From Botryllus schlosseri (lineage: Eukaryota): 64,000 nt of DNA. The stretch is taken from positions 13,952,001 through 14,016,000 of the forward strand of contig CM119371.1 in NCBI GenBank assembly GCA_051294905.1, given 5' to 3'. Made by a program: the position numbers and the translations under genes. Every line of letters starts with the position of its first letter. Position 1 is the stretch's first letter. Shown piece after piece: positions 49,893 through 62,160 of the stretch. The notes under the pieces were generated by a model. It worked only from the letters and a program-made list of their open reading frames with translations, ran no database searches and was not told the DNA's origin.

Positions 49893-50095
49893 ATCTAGCC
49901 GTTACGATTCGCAAATTTCTTCGTCTTCGAGTCATATAAAATAAACCAAGTCAATGACTTGGATCGAGTCATGCGTAATGACTCGAGTACAAGTCGAGTC
50001 AATCCAAATATTGACTCGAGTCGAGTCGAGTCATTTTCCCATTTCAAGAAAATGACTCGAGTCATGACTCGACTCATTACAACCCTGTCCTGTTC

Positions 50096-50320
50096 ACGTT
50101 GGGAGCTTTCCGGTGGTCGTTGTGGAGGATCTGGGGATGACATTGAAGGATCAAGCAAGGGCGGTCTACAGATTGCAGGTGGTTTTGCCACCATGAATGG
50201 ATGTTCTTTGTCTTTGTTAGCTGGCTCGAGACTGTCCGCCGAAACAAGTTCTTCGCGCAAGCCAATCTTCAGTCTGAAAACCTTCTCTCTTGGGGAGATT
50301 ACTTGCATGGTCCGTCATTA
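50096..50320 (-). pseudogene. Gypsy integrase C-terminal (GPY/F region) remnant
   Basis: VISPREKVFRLKIGLREELVSADSLEPANKD...KPPAICRPP resembles the Gypsy V..R..K.F.L...G....VS.DRLKPA tail. Confidence 0.6.
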
Positions 50321-51356
50321 TGGGCTTGTCTGCGGGTGCCCATGTGCACCTATAATTATTGATGATGAAAGAATTTCCCACAGTAAATAGGCTACCATGT
50401 TTTTCACGCATCCATTTGTTGGAATTGAACCGTATTTGTTATGCACTATTTTCTTACAAAACTTCATAGCGACGGGCAGCCAGTATAATTTGAGAAAAAT
50501 GTGTATAATTTTGAGCATATTGAAAATTCTCCAGTTGTAATAACTTTTGCTTCTACAGGCTGGAGTTGAATTGTGCAGCGTTTGTTCATTGAACCGACCT
50601 AATCAAAGTCAGTCAAATTTATTAAAAAAACAAAAACATTATGATCAAACCTGATCTTCATGCTGATATTGCTCATTGCTCATGATGTGATGATTTAGGT
50701 GTTGATAGCCATCTTGCTAGTCATGAGTCATTCACACTCGTGTTGCTAAAATGTGAAATGAAAATTGCTGTGTCATTTAGGCCCACTGTAGTTTTGAATG
50801 TGTAGGCAAACATTGGAATTATACATCTTGTCACAGACCAGAGTTAGGCCTATATTTCAGAGAGCCTAATTATCCTCTGTAACTTGTTCTTTTTTTAAAA
50901 GTTATTAAATGGGACTTCCTATTTTGAAAATATTTTTGTATAAGGATGGAGTTGAACTGTAAATCTGGAAAATATTTTTCGATCAGGATGGAGCGTTGTA
51001 CTGTACATTTTGGAATTATTTTTGGATCAGGATGGAGAAGTACTGAATTTAAAATTTTCAGGACCAAACTTGGACTGTAAATTTTGAAATTATTTTGGGA
51101 TCAGGATGGAGTAGGACCGAATTGAACATTTCCGGGATAGGACTTGGACTGAAAAATATCACAGTCCGCTCATCGCTGATGTACAGTAGGGATGGTGTGA
51201 ACCTCTGAAAGGTTCTGTGTGAACGCGAACGTGAACCTCATGATGTCATGTGACGTCGCATTGCTAATTCCAACCCTACTTTTCAGTGAAGTGATAGCCT
51301 ATATTAATGTAAACGATACCTAGCGACGACTCGGGCCACATAATACCACAATGCTG

Positions 51357-54300
51357 CAGTGTTGGTATCAAGTCACTACCTTCGAGTCACGAGTCATTTC
51401 GAGTCATTGCACATTTTGACTCGAGTCAAGTCAAGTAAGTCGATTTTCGAAAGTGACTCGATTCAAGTCAAGTCACTCGATTTTTGCAGGTGACTCGAGT
51501 CAAGTTAAGTCAAGTCACAATTCAAGTCAAGTTGCCTTTCCGAAGTATCAGCCATGATCACGTCTTTGTATTTTGCTAGGTGTCTGAAATACACATTGAG
51601 TGGTGATTGATTCTTATCCGATGAACGAATATAGAGTTATAAATATGCACGCAAGAAGGCGCTGTATCGCTCACATACGTATTAGAGGTCGACCGATATT
51701 GATTTTACAGGCCGATACTAATACCGATATATCGACGCAAGGCCGATAACCGATATCATAGGCCGATATTAATATGGAAGGCGCGGAAAACAATTTCATC
51801 AAAATATTATATATTAGGCATGGTGGCACTTGTGCATGTCACAGAAAGCTGAACAACAAAAGAGAAAACTGAAATTGAAAATAATTATTGCCTAGTTGTG
51901 CACATTCGTTGAAATTTGGGATAACCCAAAAAGCAAAACATGATACAGAATTTCTAATCAGTCCAAAAAAGGTAGATTGTAATGCAGGAAGCATAGTTGC
52001 TTTGCATGCTCACCCAGTTAACCTCGTCCTGCAAGGGTAAATCTGTCGTATATAGCCCTTCGCATCGTCGTTTTTATGAGATTGAGAACACCGAGCATTG
52101 AATTTCCAATATTTTTGAAATTTTTTCAAATATAAAATGTCGGCCGCCATATCGGCCTTCATAAGCCGATATCGATAATCGGGAAAGCTGTAAATATTGG
52201 CCTCGATAATCGACCATGCCGATAATCGGTCGACCTCTAATACGTTTAACTGTTGAACTACGTAAGTTTCTATTTACCGGTCAAAATAAAGAATAGAGAA
52301 ACTAATTGATAAGATGCAATACATTCTCCAATTACAAATTGATATGATACAATTCGACCCTGCGTCAATAGTTCAGGACTATACAAACTATATTGCAGTG
52401 TTGGGATCAAGTCACTACCTTCGAGTCACGAGTCATTTCGAGTCATTGCAAATTTTGACTCGAATCAAGTCAAGTCATTCGATTTTCGAAGGTGACTCGA
52501 GTCAAGTCAAGTCACTCGATTTTTGGAGGTGACTCGAGTCAAGTCGAGTCAAGTCAAGTCAAGTCACGAGTCAAGTCACAATTCAAGTCAAGTTGCCTTT
52601 TTGAAGTGTAAGGCATAATTACGTCATTGCATTTTGCTAGCTGTCTGAGTTACAGATTTAGTGGTCATTGATTCTGAACCAAAGAACGAATATATAGTTA
52701 AATATACACGCAAGAAAGCGCTGTATCGCTCACATATACGTAGCACTGCTGAACTAATGAAGTAGCTTAATTGCACAGCCTCAGTTTATAGTTACCAGCC
52801 AAAATAGAGAATAGAGAAACGAATTGATAAGATGCACTACATTACCCATTTACAAATTGATATGATACAATTCGAGGGCGCAAATGGTTGAGGACTATAT
52901 AAACTATATTCGAATTCGATTTCAATAAAACAAAAGGTTTGGTTAAGGTAAGAACAGAGAATAGAAATAGACATTATGTTATTCAATTATTTTACTATAC
53001 TAGTTCACGATAACGTAAGTTGTAAGTTTGGATCACTTCGCTTGCGGTCAATTTATGTGTGAAAGAACAATGGAGGCTAAGTAAAACGCACGATCATTGA
53101 ATGATTGGTCGCTCTCACGGGTTACACCAGCATTTCGCAAACAATCCGACCATATGCAAGATACACTAAATTTTATCGACACCGATTACTTGATGACTTG
53201 AAATTGACTCGTGAATTTTGCTTCGAGTCACGAGTCAATCCACATTTCTGATACGCCGAGTCAAGTCAAGTCAAGTCATTTTAGCCAAGTGACTCGAGTC
53301 AAGTCAAGTCATACGAAAAAGGTGACTCGAGTCATCCCAACACTGCTATATTGTATATTCGAATTCAAGCTCCATAAAACAAGAGATTTGGTTAAGGTAA
53401 TTAGGAGCAGAACAGAAATAGACCTTTTGCAATTAAATTACTTTACCAAACTAGTTTACGATAACGTAAAGCTGTAAACTTCGATCACTTCGTATGCCCT
53501 CAATTCTTTTGTGAGAGAACAATGGAGTCTCGGTAAAGCGCACGATCATTGCATGATTGGTCGCTCTCATGGGTTACACCAGCATTTCGCGAACAATCCG
53601 ATTACAGCCTGACTGTATAGACTCTATACAGTCAGGCTGTAATCGGATCAGCACATAGCCTACCTGTTTGATGCTGGTGTGATCAGACCAGTGTTGGGAT
53701 CAAGTCACTACCTTCGAGTCACGAATCATTTCGAGTCATTGCACATTTTGACTCGAGTCAAGTAAAGTCAATCGATTTTCGAAGGTGACTCGAGTCAAGT
53801 CAAGTCACCCGATTTTCGGAGGTGACTCGAGTCAAGTCGAGTCAAGTCAAGTCAAGTCACGAGTCAAGTCACAATTCAAGTCAAGTTGTCTTTTCGAAGT
53901 ATGAGGCATGCTTACGTCATTGCGTTTTGCTAGCTGTCTGAAATACAGATTGAGTGGTCATTGATTCTGGACCTATGAACGAATATAGAGTTAAATATAC
54001 ACGCAATAAGGCGCTTTATCCCTCACATATACGTAGAAATGCTAAACTATACGTAAGTAATTGCATAGCCTCGGATTATAGTTACCAGCCAAAATAGAGA
54101 ATAGAGAAACGAATTGATAAGATGCAATACATTACCCATTTACAAATTGATATTAATACAATTCCAGCCTGCGCCAATGGTTGAGGACTATATAAACTAT
54201 ATTGGAATTCAATTTCAATAAAACAAGGTTTGGTTAAGTTAAGAACAGAGAACAGAAATATACGTTTTGCTATTAAATTACTTTACTATACGCGTTTACG

Positions 54301-55036
54301 ACAGCGTAAGCTTCGATCACTTCGTTTGCGATCAAGTTATCTGTGAGAGAACAATGGAGGCTCAGTAAAACGCACGATCACGATAATTGAATGATTGGTC
54401 GCTTTCACGGGTTACACAAGCGATTCACATACAATCCGTACCTATACAAGATAAAATTATTTTTATCGACATCGATTGCTTGATGACTCGAAATTGACTC
54501 GTGAATTTTGCTCCGAGTCAGGAGTCAATCCACATTTCTGATATGCCGAGTCAGGTCAAGTCAAGTCATTTTAGCAAAGTGACTCGAGTCAAGTCAAGTC
54601 ATACGAAAAAGGTGACTCTAGTCTGACTCAAGTCAAGTCATGACTCGAGTCATCCCAACACGGTCCCTTTACGGTCGTATCGATCATTCCTGTCTGATAC
54701 CGAATACTGTGCAGTGTGCATGCATTTTTTCTGTACCACCATCGTTGCCGCCAGTCTTTCATGTATTTTGGTTGGATGAAAATAAAGACTCTCTATCTCT
54801 CTCTCTCTCCAACCATGTGCAAGATACAGTGATTTCTGTCGACACCGATTACTTGATGACTTGAAATTGACTCGTGAATTTTGCTCCGAGTGAAGAATCA
54901 AACCACATTTCCAATACGCCGAGTCAAGTCAAGTCAAGTCATTTTAGCAAAGTGACTCGAGTCCAGTCAAGTCATACGAAAAAAGTGACTCAAGTCTGAC
55001 TCGAGTCAAATCATGACTCGAGCCATCTCAACACTG
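51357..55036. mobile_element. hAT MITE (CAGTGTTGG ends, AGTCA/GACTC repeats) with nested copies
   Basis: TSD CAATGCTG; nested same-family copies at 52396..53345 (TSD CTATATTG) and 53689..54663; nested TAGAGGTCGACCGAT MITE at 51683..52239 (TSD ATACGTAT/ATACGTTT). Confidence 0.88.
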
Positions 55037-55609
55037 CAATGCTGAAGTAGGCTACATATTGACGTTTTGAACGTCGCCAAATGTATCAACTGGGGCAATC
55101 AAATGATATAATAATAATAATCTCCTCAAATCAATATCTTCCGTCGCTTTGCCAACAATTTCGACCAGGACTTGCAAGGGAATATATAAGCTAACGCCTT
55201 GAGGGTCCAGGCCAGACCGGACAATGTATTCGGTGTCTGAGTATTGCTATGTTGCTATAAAGCTGAGTGTAAAACGGATTGCTATACTTGCTATACCGAT
55301 ATTACCCCATTAACGAGTTAGACAGCAGTAGCCAACACCCCAATCAGTGATGAAATCGAGATTCAACCCATACGTCTGCTAGCTTTTTACATCAGACAGC
55401 GATATCAACTTCATTGATTGGTTGAATATGCATCCTTCACTGACTACCTACATGTAGTGTATTTCGCTCGTGATGTTGTGAGATTCCGGGTGAAGCTCAC
55501 AGCAGAGAGTCACTACATATTCGAGCAAACTTTTGTAACAAAGCAAGTCAAATTTTTGAGATTGTCGACGTTCATGTATGTTTAGTGTTGATTTTTTATG
55601 CTGCCAGCG

Positions 55610-55631
55610 CAGGGATATCTAGATATCCCTG
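55610..55631. mobile_element. 22-bp palindromic hAT-type micro-insertion
   Basis: CAGGGATATCTAGATATCCCTG, perfect palindrome flanked by direct repeat TGCCAGCG. Confidence 0.8.
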
Positions 55632-56428
55632 TGCCAGCGCCATGCATATAGTGGCCCGCAGTTGCAATGCAATAAATTTCAACCAAAGGTGTCCTAATAA
55701 AATGAAAACTGTAATATATGAAAAAGATTCATAGTGCAAAACCTGCCAACGTTCATTTGTGAACGTGAACCTCTAAATTTCTCAGGTTCACACACAGAAC
55801 GCGAACAAGAACCTTACGTTAACACCATCCCTAGTTATATGCCAGGTTGTGGTCTCGAGGGCTGACTAGTATTGAATACAAATTGGTGACAGAAGGCTAA
55901 TCAAATGACATTTGATATTTTCTCCATGACCAGGGCCGTAACAGCAGTTCGTCAGCCCCCCCAAAACGTTGGTCTCAGGCCCCCATATGATGATAAACCA
56001 AAGTACTGGGGGCTTCGCCCCCCAGACCCCCTCAGGTTACACACTGTTTATCGCTACTTATCATCTACTTTGGGGGCGTGAGCTGAATCAGCTTTTCTCG
56101 TCTGCACGCGCCAAGCGCGAAAAATTTCCATGATTCATAATTGAATCAGTCAATATGATCGGGAATTGCATACAAATTGCTATCAATTTTTATGCTCTCT
56201 CGGCTCACGTAATCAGATTTACAGGTAGAGCTGAGTGAGGTGTGTTGAAAAAGGTAGGACCCCTCAATATAATAATTAAACATCTTCGGGCGTATACCCG
56301 TTGGCAGGGACGAAGCAACACTTCGTTAGGCCACCCAAAAAATCTTGGTCTTGGTCTTCCATAGGGGGATAAACCTACCCCCATCACGTTGTTCGCTTTT
56401 GCCACGTAATTAGTCGTACTGTTTAGTG

Positions 56429-57936
56429 CAGTGGTTCTTAACCTTGCCACCAGCGCCCCCCCCCCCAGGGGGCGCTGGCGATTTTGAAGGGGGGCGGAAA
56501 CGCTCAGGGGGCGATATGGGGGCGCTGGGCTCAGGGGGGCGGTATGGGGGCGCTGGAGAAAAATGGCTTCGCAGTAGATGATGTGGTGATAGGACATATC
56601 CTTAATGAGTATTCAGAGCAAATTAACACCGAAAACTTCGTTACATATAGCTTTCAAAATACATATAGGCCTAGGTTTAATTGTCCGTGGGCGCCTAAAT
56701 GACTGACACCGAATGTTCCTGTCTTGGCAATCTGAACCCCAGAAGACGAATTCCATCTGGCAGGGAAAAATTATATGTCAGTGAAGAAATGCCAATCTGA
56801 AATCGTGTGCGTCTTTTAGTTTAGTACGATTTGGCGACAGGGATATTCCTGTTGGGCGATATCCCCGTTGAGCAATTCTATATTTTTTGATATTGCAGAC
56901 AGGGGGTCACGAAATAACATCATGCAACGAAGTCATACCAACGGGTTCGCCCGCCCAAATATGTTTAATTATTAGTAACGGGCCCTACCGTTTCCAAGAA
57001 ACCTCACAATGTTCGCTTTAAGTTTTGATGAGTCTGCGCACACTCAACAACTCGCTGTGCTGACTCCTGGACAACAATGCGTATCCACTAAAAAAAGGTA
57101 ATAACTTCGGATTTGTTGTGCGCAACGTAGATTTTCTGTGCGCAGAGACCGTGTCAGCACTGCGCACGTGCGCAGCTTAGAGGGAACATTGCACCTCACT
57201 CGGCTCTACCGGTAAATGTGTTTACGTGAGCGGAGAGAGGATGAAAATTAATCTCAATTTACATGCAATTCCCGATGATATTGTCCAATTCAATCATTAA
57301 TTAGTTAAATTTTTCGCGCTTCGCGCGACTAGGCGAGAATAGCTGCCTCAGTAAATGGACACCCAATGTAGATACCTAGCAGGCTTTCAGCAAATAGAGG
57401 ACAGCCTAATGGGGGTCTGGGAATGAAGTCCGCCGGAAGCTTGGTTTATCACCCGATGTGGGCCCAGGACCAACGTTTTTTGTTAGGGGGGGCTGACGAA
57501 GTGCTGTTACGGCCCTGGTAACGAATAATTGTACCTGCGGGCACGCCCGAATATGTTTAATTAGTAATTACGTGTCCTTTATCTTCCTATACAACAGCTC
57601 ACTCAGTTTATCGCGACTTATATATGTAATTACCACCTATTCATTCATGCATTATAGAAAATTTTGGTACCTAGGGCGACCAGGCCACACAAACTTTGCT
57701 GACCATCGAAATCACGATAGGGGGTTCGTTGGGGCGAAGCCCTCAGAAGTTCGATTTATCACGCTATGGGTGCGCAAGGCAATCGTTTTTAGGGGGTTGA
57801 CGACGTCCTGTTACGGCCCTCCCTCTTACTCATTGTCTTTATTACATTCCTTACATTATGAAGTTGGGGGGGGGGGCGCTGGAGCACGATAATTTTTGAA
57901 AGGGGGCGCTGGAGGAAAAAAGGTTAAGAACCACTG
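56429..57936. mobile_element. Second copy of the Charlie-like hAT element
   Basis: Same TIRs as 48020..49892; TSD GTTTAGTG. Confidence 0.92.
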
Positions 57937-57994
57937 GTTTAGTGAGCCAGCGCGAGGCGCGAAAATTTACGATAATTCATGATAAAATCGGCAA

Positions 57995-58572
57995 TTAACA
58001 ACAGAAACTCGCCTACGTATATATAGGCTGTAAATAATAGTTACCTGTGGTGTTTTATCGCTATTACGAGCTATTTGAAAGTTAAAATGTCGATTTTCCG
58101 GTAATATGTATGTGGCATTAAATTTGTAAGTTTAGGCGTAAATCAAAACATGATTTTAGGCCAACATTTGAGTTGATATAATCTCTTTTATTCTTGAAGG
58201 TCGCGACGAAACATCCTTCATTGGCATGCTGTAGCTTAGCTTATAGTACACAACAAAACAAGTTAACAAATTTGAGTTTTTGAGCGTATGTCTCATAGGT
58301 CCCATGGTGGTGTGCCTTTGGACCCACCGGGTGGGGACCAATGACACGTTCGAGCTACAAATTTTAAACTTTCATAAATATTTTTTGAAAAGGCTGATAT
58401 TCATGTAAATGTCCGCGATAAGTAGAGCTTGTATCGAAGCAGGGATATATAGAAGTTCTATATATCCCTGTATCGAAGTGTTGAGAGAGCCAAAGATCTG
58501 CTATTCTCGACTGAAGATTTGAGAGCCAGAGATCATTTTGCACTTTTTGATCCATCGGTACCACATCTCCCC
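57995..58572 (-). mobile_element. Partial inverted copy of the GGGGAGATGTGG MITE
   Basis: Reverse complement of about 59894..60436. Confidence 0.85.
58440..58470. mobile_element. 31-bp palindromic hAT-type micro-insertion
   Basis: CAGGGATATATAGAAGTTCTATATATCCCTG with TSD TATCGAAG; empty site in the paralog near 59988..59996. Confidence 0.88.
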
Positions 58573-58716
58573 TATGTAGCTGTACAGTTACTCACGTACT
58601 TTATTAGCAGTTCTACGCGTGCGTTAGGGATACATAGCCTACACCGTCTTTTAGCATGTATATTTAACTAGATCATCACTCATACTTCGAAAATTGAATT
58701 TGACTTGACTCGTGAC

Positions 58717-58909
58717 CAATGTTCCCTCTAAGCTGCGCACGTGCGCAAATGCGCACTGCTTTCACGGTCTCTGCGCACAGAAAATCTAAGTTGCGCACAA
58801 AAAATCCGAAGTGATGACCTTTTTTTGGTCGTTACGCACTGTTTTCCAAGGCTCTGCGCAGTGAGTTGGTGAGTGTGCGCAGACCAGTCAAAAATTAGAG
58901 GGAACATTG
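58717..58909. mobile_element. ~190-bp hAT MITE (CAATGTTCCCTCT TIR); related copies near 20559, 48605, 57007 and 63458
   Basis: TIRs plus 8-bp TSD CTCGTGAC. Confidence 0.88.
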
Positions 58910-59893
58910 CTCGTGACTTGACTTGACTTGACTTGACTCGAGTCAAAATCTGCAATGACTCGAGATGAATCGTGATTCGAAAGTAGTGACTTGATCCCAA
59001 CACTGCTGTAGAGCGACCTGGAACGCCGAATATCAACGAAATGAGCGAGGCGCTCACTATCGATATTTCCATAGATCATTGACTGATGGCCACTTTCCAT
59101 CTATGTACCGACATAGAGAGAGAGAGTCTTTATTTTCATCCAACCAAAATACATAGCAACAGACAGCAATGATGGCGGTACAGAAAAGATGCACGCACTT
59201 GCACAGTATTCGGTATTAGATAGGAATGATCGATACGGCCTTGAGGGTGATTGGGTGAACTAGTCTGATCACACCCGCATCGAACAGGTACATTTGACTC
59301 TATTCGGTCTGGCTGTAAAAATGTTAGTTAAAATACGAAAATAAAAATAAAAATGAACGATGGAAGCAAATGATCAATGAAGCAGCGTCTGGGTGAGGTA
59401 TAGGGCAACAGTGCTTACGAACGATTAATAGTTCGACTTCGTTTAGGTCAGAGGTCTCAAACTCAAATGTGGTCGCGGGCCAATTTCTCGTTTTTGATGG
59501 CGCCGCGGGCCGCAGCGACAATAATAGGGGTTTTCAATGTATTTCCAAGTATAGGCCTTATTTTACGGGACCTTGCAGACTGGCATACAACACGCAAAGC
59601 GAAATGTGATTTACTATTGTGAATTCACGCCAGGTATGAAAAATATCACATTTTCAAATGTTTGAATAAAATTGTTGTTGTACTTGGCATAGTCTGTAAA
59701 AATATGTAGTTATAGACACCATGCGAGAGTATAAATACATCTCATGATATCGTAAAAGCTGTCGCGTTATAATTTGGAAGCTAGCGGACATTTGACGTGC
59801 CGCATTTATTGGTAGATGATATAAAAGTTTAACAAATATATTGATCTGATCGAAGCATTGGAGCAATACATCCTAATCTGGGTTGCAGGCATA

Positions 59894-60860
59894 GGGGAGA
59901 TGTGGTACCCATGGATCAAAAATTGCAAAATGATCTCTGGCCCTCAAATCTTCAGCCGAGAATAGCAGACTTTTTGCTGTCTCAACACTTCGATACAAGC
60001 TCTACCTATCGCGGACATTTACATGAATATCCGCCTTTTCAAAAAATATTTATAAACGTTTAAAATTTGTTGCTCGAACGTGTCATCGGTCCCCACCCGG
60101 TGGGTCCAAAGGCACACCACCATGGGACCCATGAGACATACGCCTAAAAACTCAAATGTGTTAACTTGTTTTGTTGTGTACTAACTACTAAGCTAAGCTA
60201 CAGCAAGCCGATGAAGAATGTTTCGTCGCCACCTTCAAGAATAAAATAGATTATTTCAATTGAAATGTTGGCATAAAATCATGTTTTGATTTACGCCTAA
60301 ACTTACAAAATTAATGCCACATACATATTACCCGCAAATCGACATTTCTACTTTCAAATACCTCGTAATAGCGATAAAACACCACAGGTAACTATGATTT
60401 ACAGCCCATATATAAGTAGGGGAGTTTCTGTTGTTAAGTGATTAGTTGGTCCATCTATTTTGCTTGATTTGGCTATGGTACCATACCTCCCCCACCCCAT
60501 AAATATTGTAATTAACTTGAAAATAGTCCACTCGAAGATGGTATTGATTTAAAAAACATGTGTTATTATATACCCTGATACAAACCCTATACTTCACATC
60601 AAAAATTATGGCAGGTTTGTTAGTCTGAAAGGTAATATAGAAAAATGCAAATGTCGATCCAAATTTACTTTACACCCCCTAAAACGTAAATCATTCGTCA
60701 CAGACCCCATAACTTACGCAGGTCGAATTTTTTTGCATATGAGGAAAGATTATGTCAGCATGTAATTGTAGACAAATTCACGGAGTGTAATCATGGAATT
60801 ATCCTGGAGAATTTTTCAAGTATTTTCGGTCCCAGTGATCCATCGGTACCACATCTCCCC
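59894..60860. mobile_element. TA-flanked MITE with GGGGAGATGTGGTACC TIRs
   Basis: TA|GGGGAGATGTGGTACCCATGGATCA ... TGATCCATCGGTACCACATCTCCCC|TA. Confidence 0.88.
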
Positions 60861-61914
60861 TACAACAGTCAGTTCTTAACAGCCAAAATATAGGACCTAA
60901 TACGAAGCTTCGAGAGGTTGAAACAAGTTGATATGGTGCAATAGCCTACACTACCCATCTACAGTTCTACTCATCCGTGAGAATATAAACGCACACAATA
61001 TATTCGTTCGATTTAAATCATACAAGAGAATTGGTAAATGTGAGCACTGGGCAACGTAAGCATTGAGCCGTCCAAGAAACAGGCACATTGCTATTTAGAA
61101 TAATTTTCTACTTTGCGGTCAATTCATTTGCGATGGAGGAACCTTGTAACGCACAATCAGTGAATGCGGACTGGTTGTTCTGACAAGTGACACCGGCGTA
61201 TATCGAACTATCCGATCATACACAAGACACAGTGATTTATTCGACACCGCTTACTTAATGACTTGAAATTGATTCGTAAATTTTGCTCCGAGTCACGAGT
61301 CAATGCACACTTTTGAAGCTCCCAGTCAAGTCATATTTCCAAAGTGACTCGAGTCAAGTCAAGTCATACGAAAAAGTTGACTCGAGTCATCCCAACACTG
61401 ATCTACAGTATTGCCATAATTTGGCTTTCGCCTCAGTCAGTGTGGCTAATTTCGTCTGCAATGGCAATGATGTGTGGCTCTGACAGGGTTGCAACCAAAC
61501 CAAGTTACAAGTCAATCTCACTCTTATAGTTTTGACTCGAGACAAAACCACCGACTCAAGTCCAAGTCAGTAAGTATAGAAGGTCAAGTCCGCGTCATAG
61601 TATTGTGACCCGAGCTCAAGTCCTTGGGTTCAATCCGGTTCAAGGTTCAACCCACTATTTTCTCTGTGCCCGAGTGATACAGAATGCCATTGCCTCGCAT
61701 TCATAATATCGTAATTTCCCTCATTCTTAACAGTTTCTGTGCCTATTTTCCAAGTATCAGGACTGATAGACGAAATACCAATAGTGAGGTAACTTAACTA
61801 TTCTTCGAAGCTACAATGAAATGTCTGTCTTGGCGGTCCTAGTCTCGAGTCACGCACATGTATACTACGTACAATGACTCGAGTCAATACAGAAATTGAC
61901 TCGAGTCGAGTAAA

Positions 61915-62160
61915 CAGTTCAGTTCAGTCTATTCAGAATTTTCATTATTTAGAAACACCACAAGACTGCGATATACAGTGAAAAGAGTAGTCATTGCAAA
62001 TCAGAGGGGGCATGCACACAGAATGATAAGTAAAAGAAAATAATACGAAAGGACAAGCGACAAAATGAGGTGGCATGTGACGGAAGGCGAGATTCATATG
62101 TCAGGTCGAGGTCCGATAAACTTGAGGGCTGACTAGCATTTATTCAGTAGAAATTGCTTG
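61915..62160 (-). mobile_element. 5'-truncated 3' end of the LINE family
   Basis: Reverse complement matches the ORF2 end and 3' UTR at about 40819..41100, with an internal deletion. Confidence 0.7.

Larger units (their letters stand above)
36681..50087 (-). mobile_element. Decayed hAT transposon hosting multiple nested insertions
   Basis: TIRs CAGGGTTGTAA/TTACAACCCTG, perfect 8-bp TSD TCCTGTTC, subterminal GACTC/GAGTC repeats, internal hAT dimerization-domain remnant. Confidence 0.85.
51187..55833. mobile_element. hAT-type element (TAGGGATGGTGT ends) hosting a MITE nest
   Basis: TIRs TAGGGATGGTGT/ACACCATCCCTA with GTGAAC subterminal motifs; no TSD recognised. Confidence 0.65.

Noticed and set aside
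50900..51160. Degenerate ~58-bp repeats (GATCAGGATGGAG)
   Set aside because: Likely subterminal repeats of a truncated DNA transposon end; no further structure seen.
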